From NCBI RefSeq assembly GCF_009914755.1, contig NC_060940.1: a stretch of DNA of 64,000 nucleotides. The stretch is one strand, 5' to 3'. The stretch comes from the human T2T-CHM13v2.0 reference genome, Homo sapiens. Shown piece by piece: positions 63,815-64,000 of the stretch; the stretch's first letter is position 1, and each line of letters begins with the position of its first letter. The notes below the pieces were generated by a model, which was not told the origin of the DNA, ran no database searches, and worked only from the letters and a program-made list of their open reading frames with translations. The translations under genes were made by a program, and so were the position numbers.

Positions 63815-64000
63815 GTTTTTTGTTTTTTGTTTTTCGGTTTTTTTTTTGAAAGAGAGTCTCGCTCTGTCGCCCAGGCTGGAGTGCAGTGGCGCGATCTCGG
63901 CTCACTGCAACCTCCACCTCCCAGGTTGAAGTGATTCTCCCGTCTCAGCCTGTCGAGTAGCTGGGAATACGGGTGCACGCCACCACACCCAGCTAATTTT
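63815..64000 (-). mobile_element. AluS right arm, truncated by window edge
   Basis: T-tail then gagtctcgctctgtcgcccaggctggagtgcagtggcgcgatctcgg. Confidence 0.93.

Overview
This is human (primate) euchromatic DNA, moderately GC-rich and dense in repeats: about 20 Alus, many MIR and L2 copies, old L1 3' ends, MaLR and ERV1 solo LTRs, and hAT/Mariner MITEs. I recognise no conserved protein-coding gene; nearly all listed ORFs are chance or repeat-derived. A + strand spliced transcript unit is plausible. It has an IRF/ETS/C-EBP-rich, CpG-enriched promoter at about 6.3-6.9 kb, a donor at 6680/6681 and an L1-derived last exon from 16450. From memory, and unverified, this resembles PELATON (LINC01272/SMIM25) in the CEBPB-PTPN1 interval of 20q13.13. 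The most striking element is a ~2.05 kb minisatellite (63-bp unit, ~32.6 copies, 31097-33151) directly downstream of tandem MER41A and LTR8-family LTRs. It is CpG-island-like (obs/exp ~1) and has three of six frames open end to end. These are a Kozak-initiated 709-aa Thr/Ala/Ser/Val mucin-like frame (+), a 773-aa Val/Ala frame (-), and an AUG-less ~716-codon RGG-repeat frame (-) that the ORF track misses. Other notable features are a local direct-plus-inverted duplication around a near-consensus CTCF site (46.4-48.7 kb), two parallel antisense-MIR cassette-exon candidates and a second ISRE cluster at ~54.95 kb. Repeat family calls come from recalled consensus sequences, and their boundaries are approximate.
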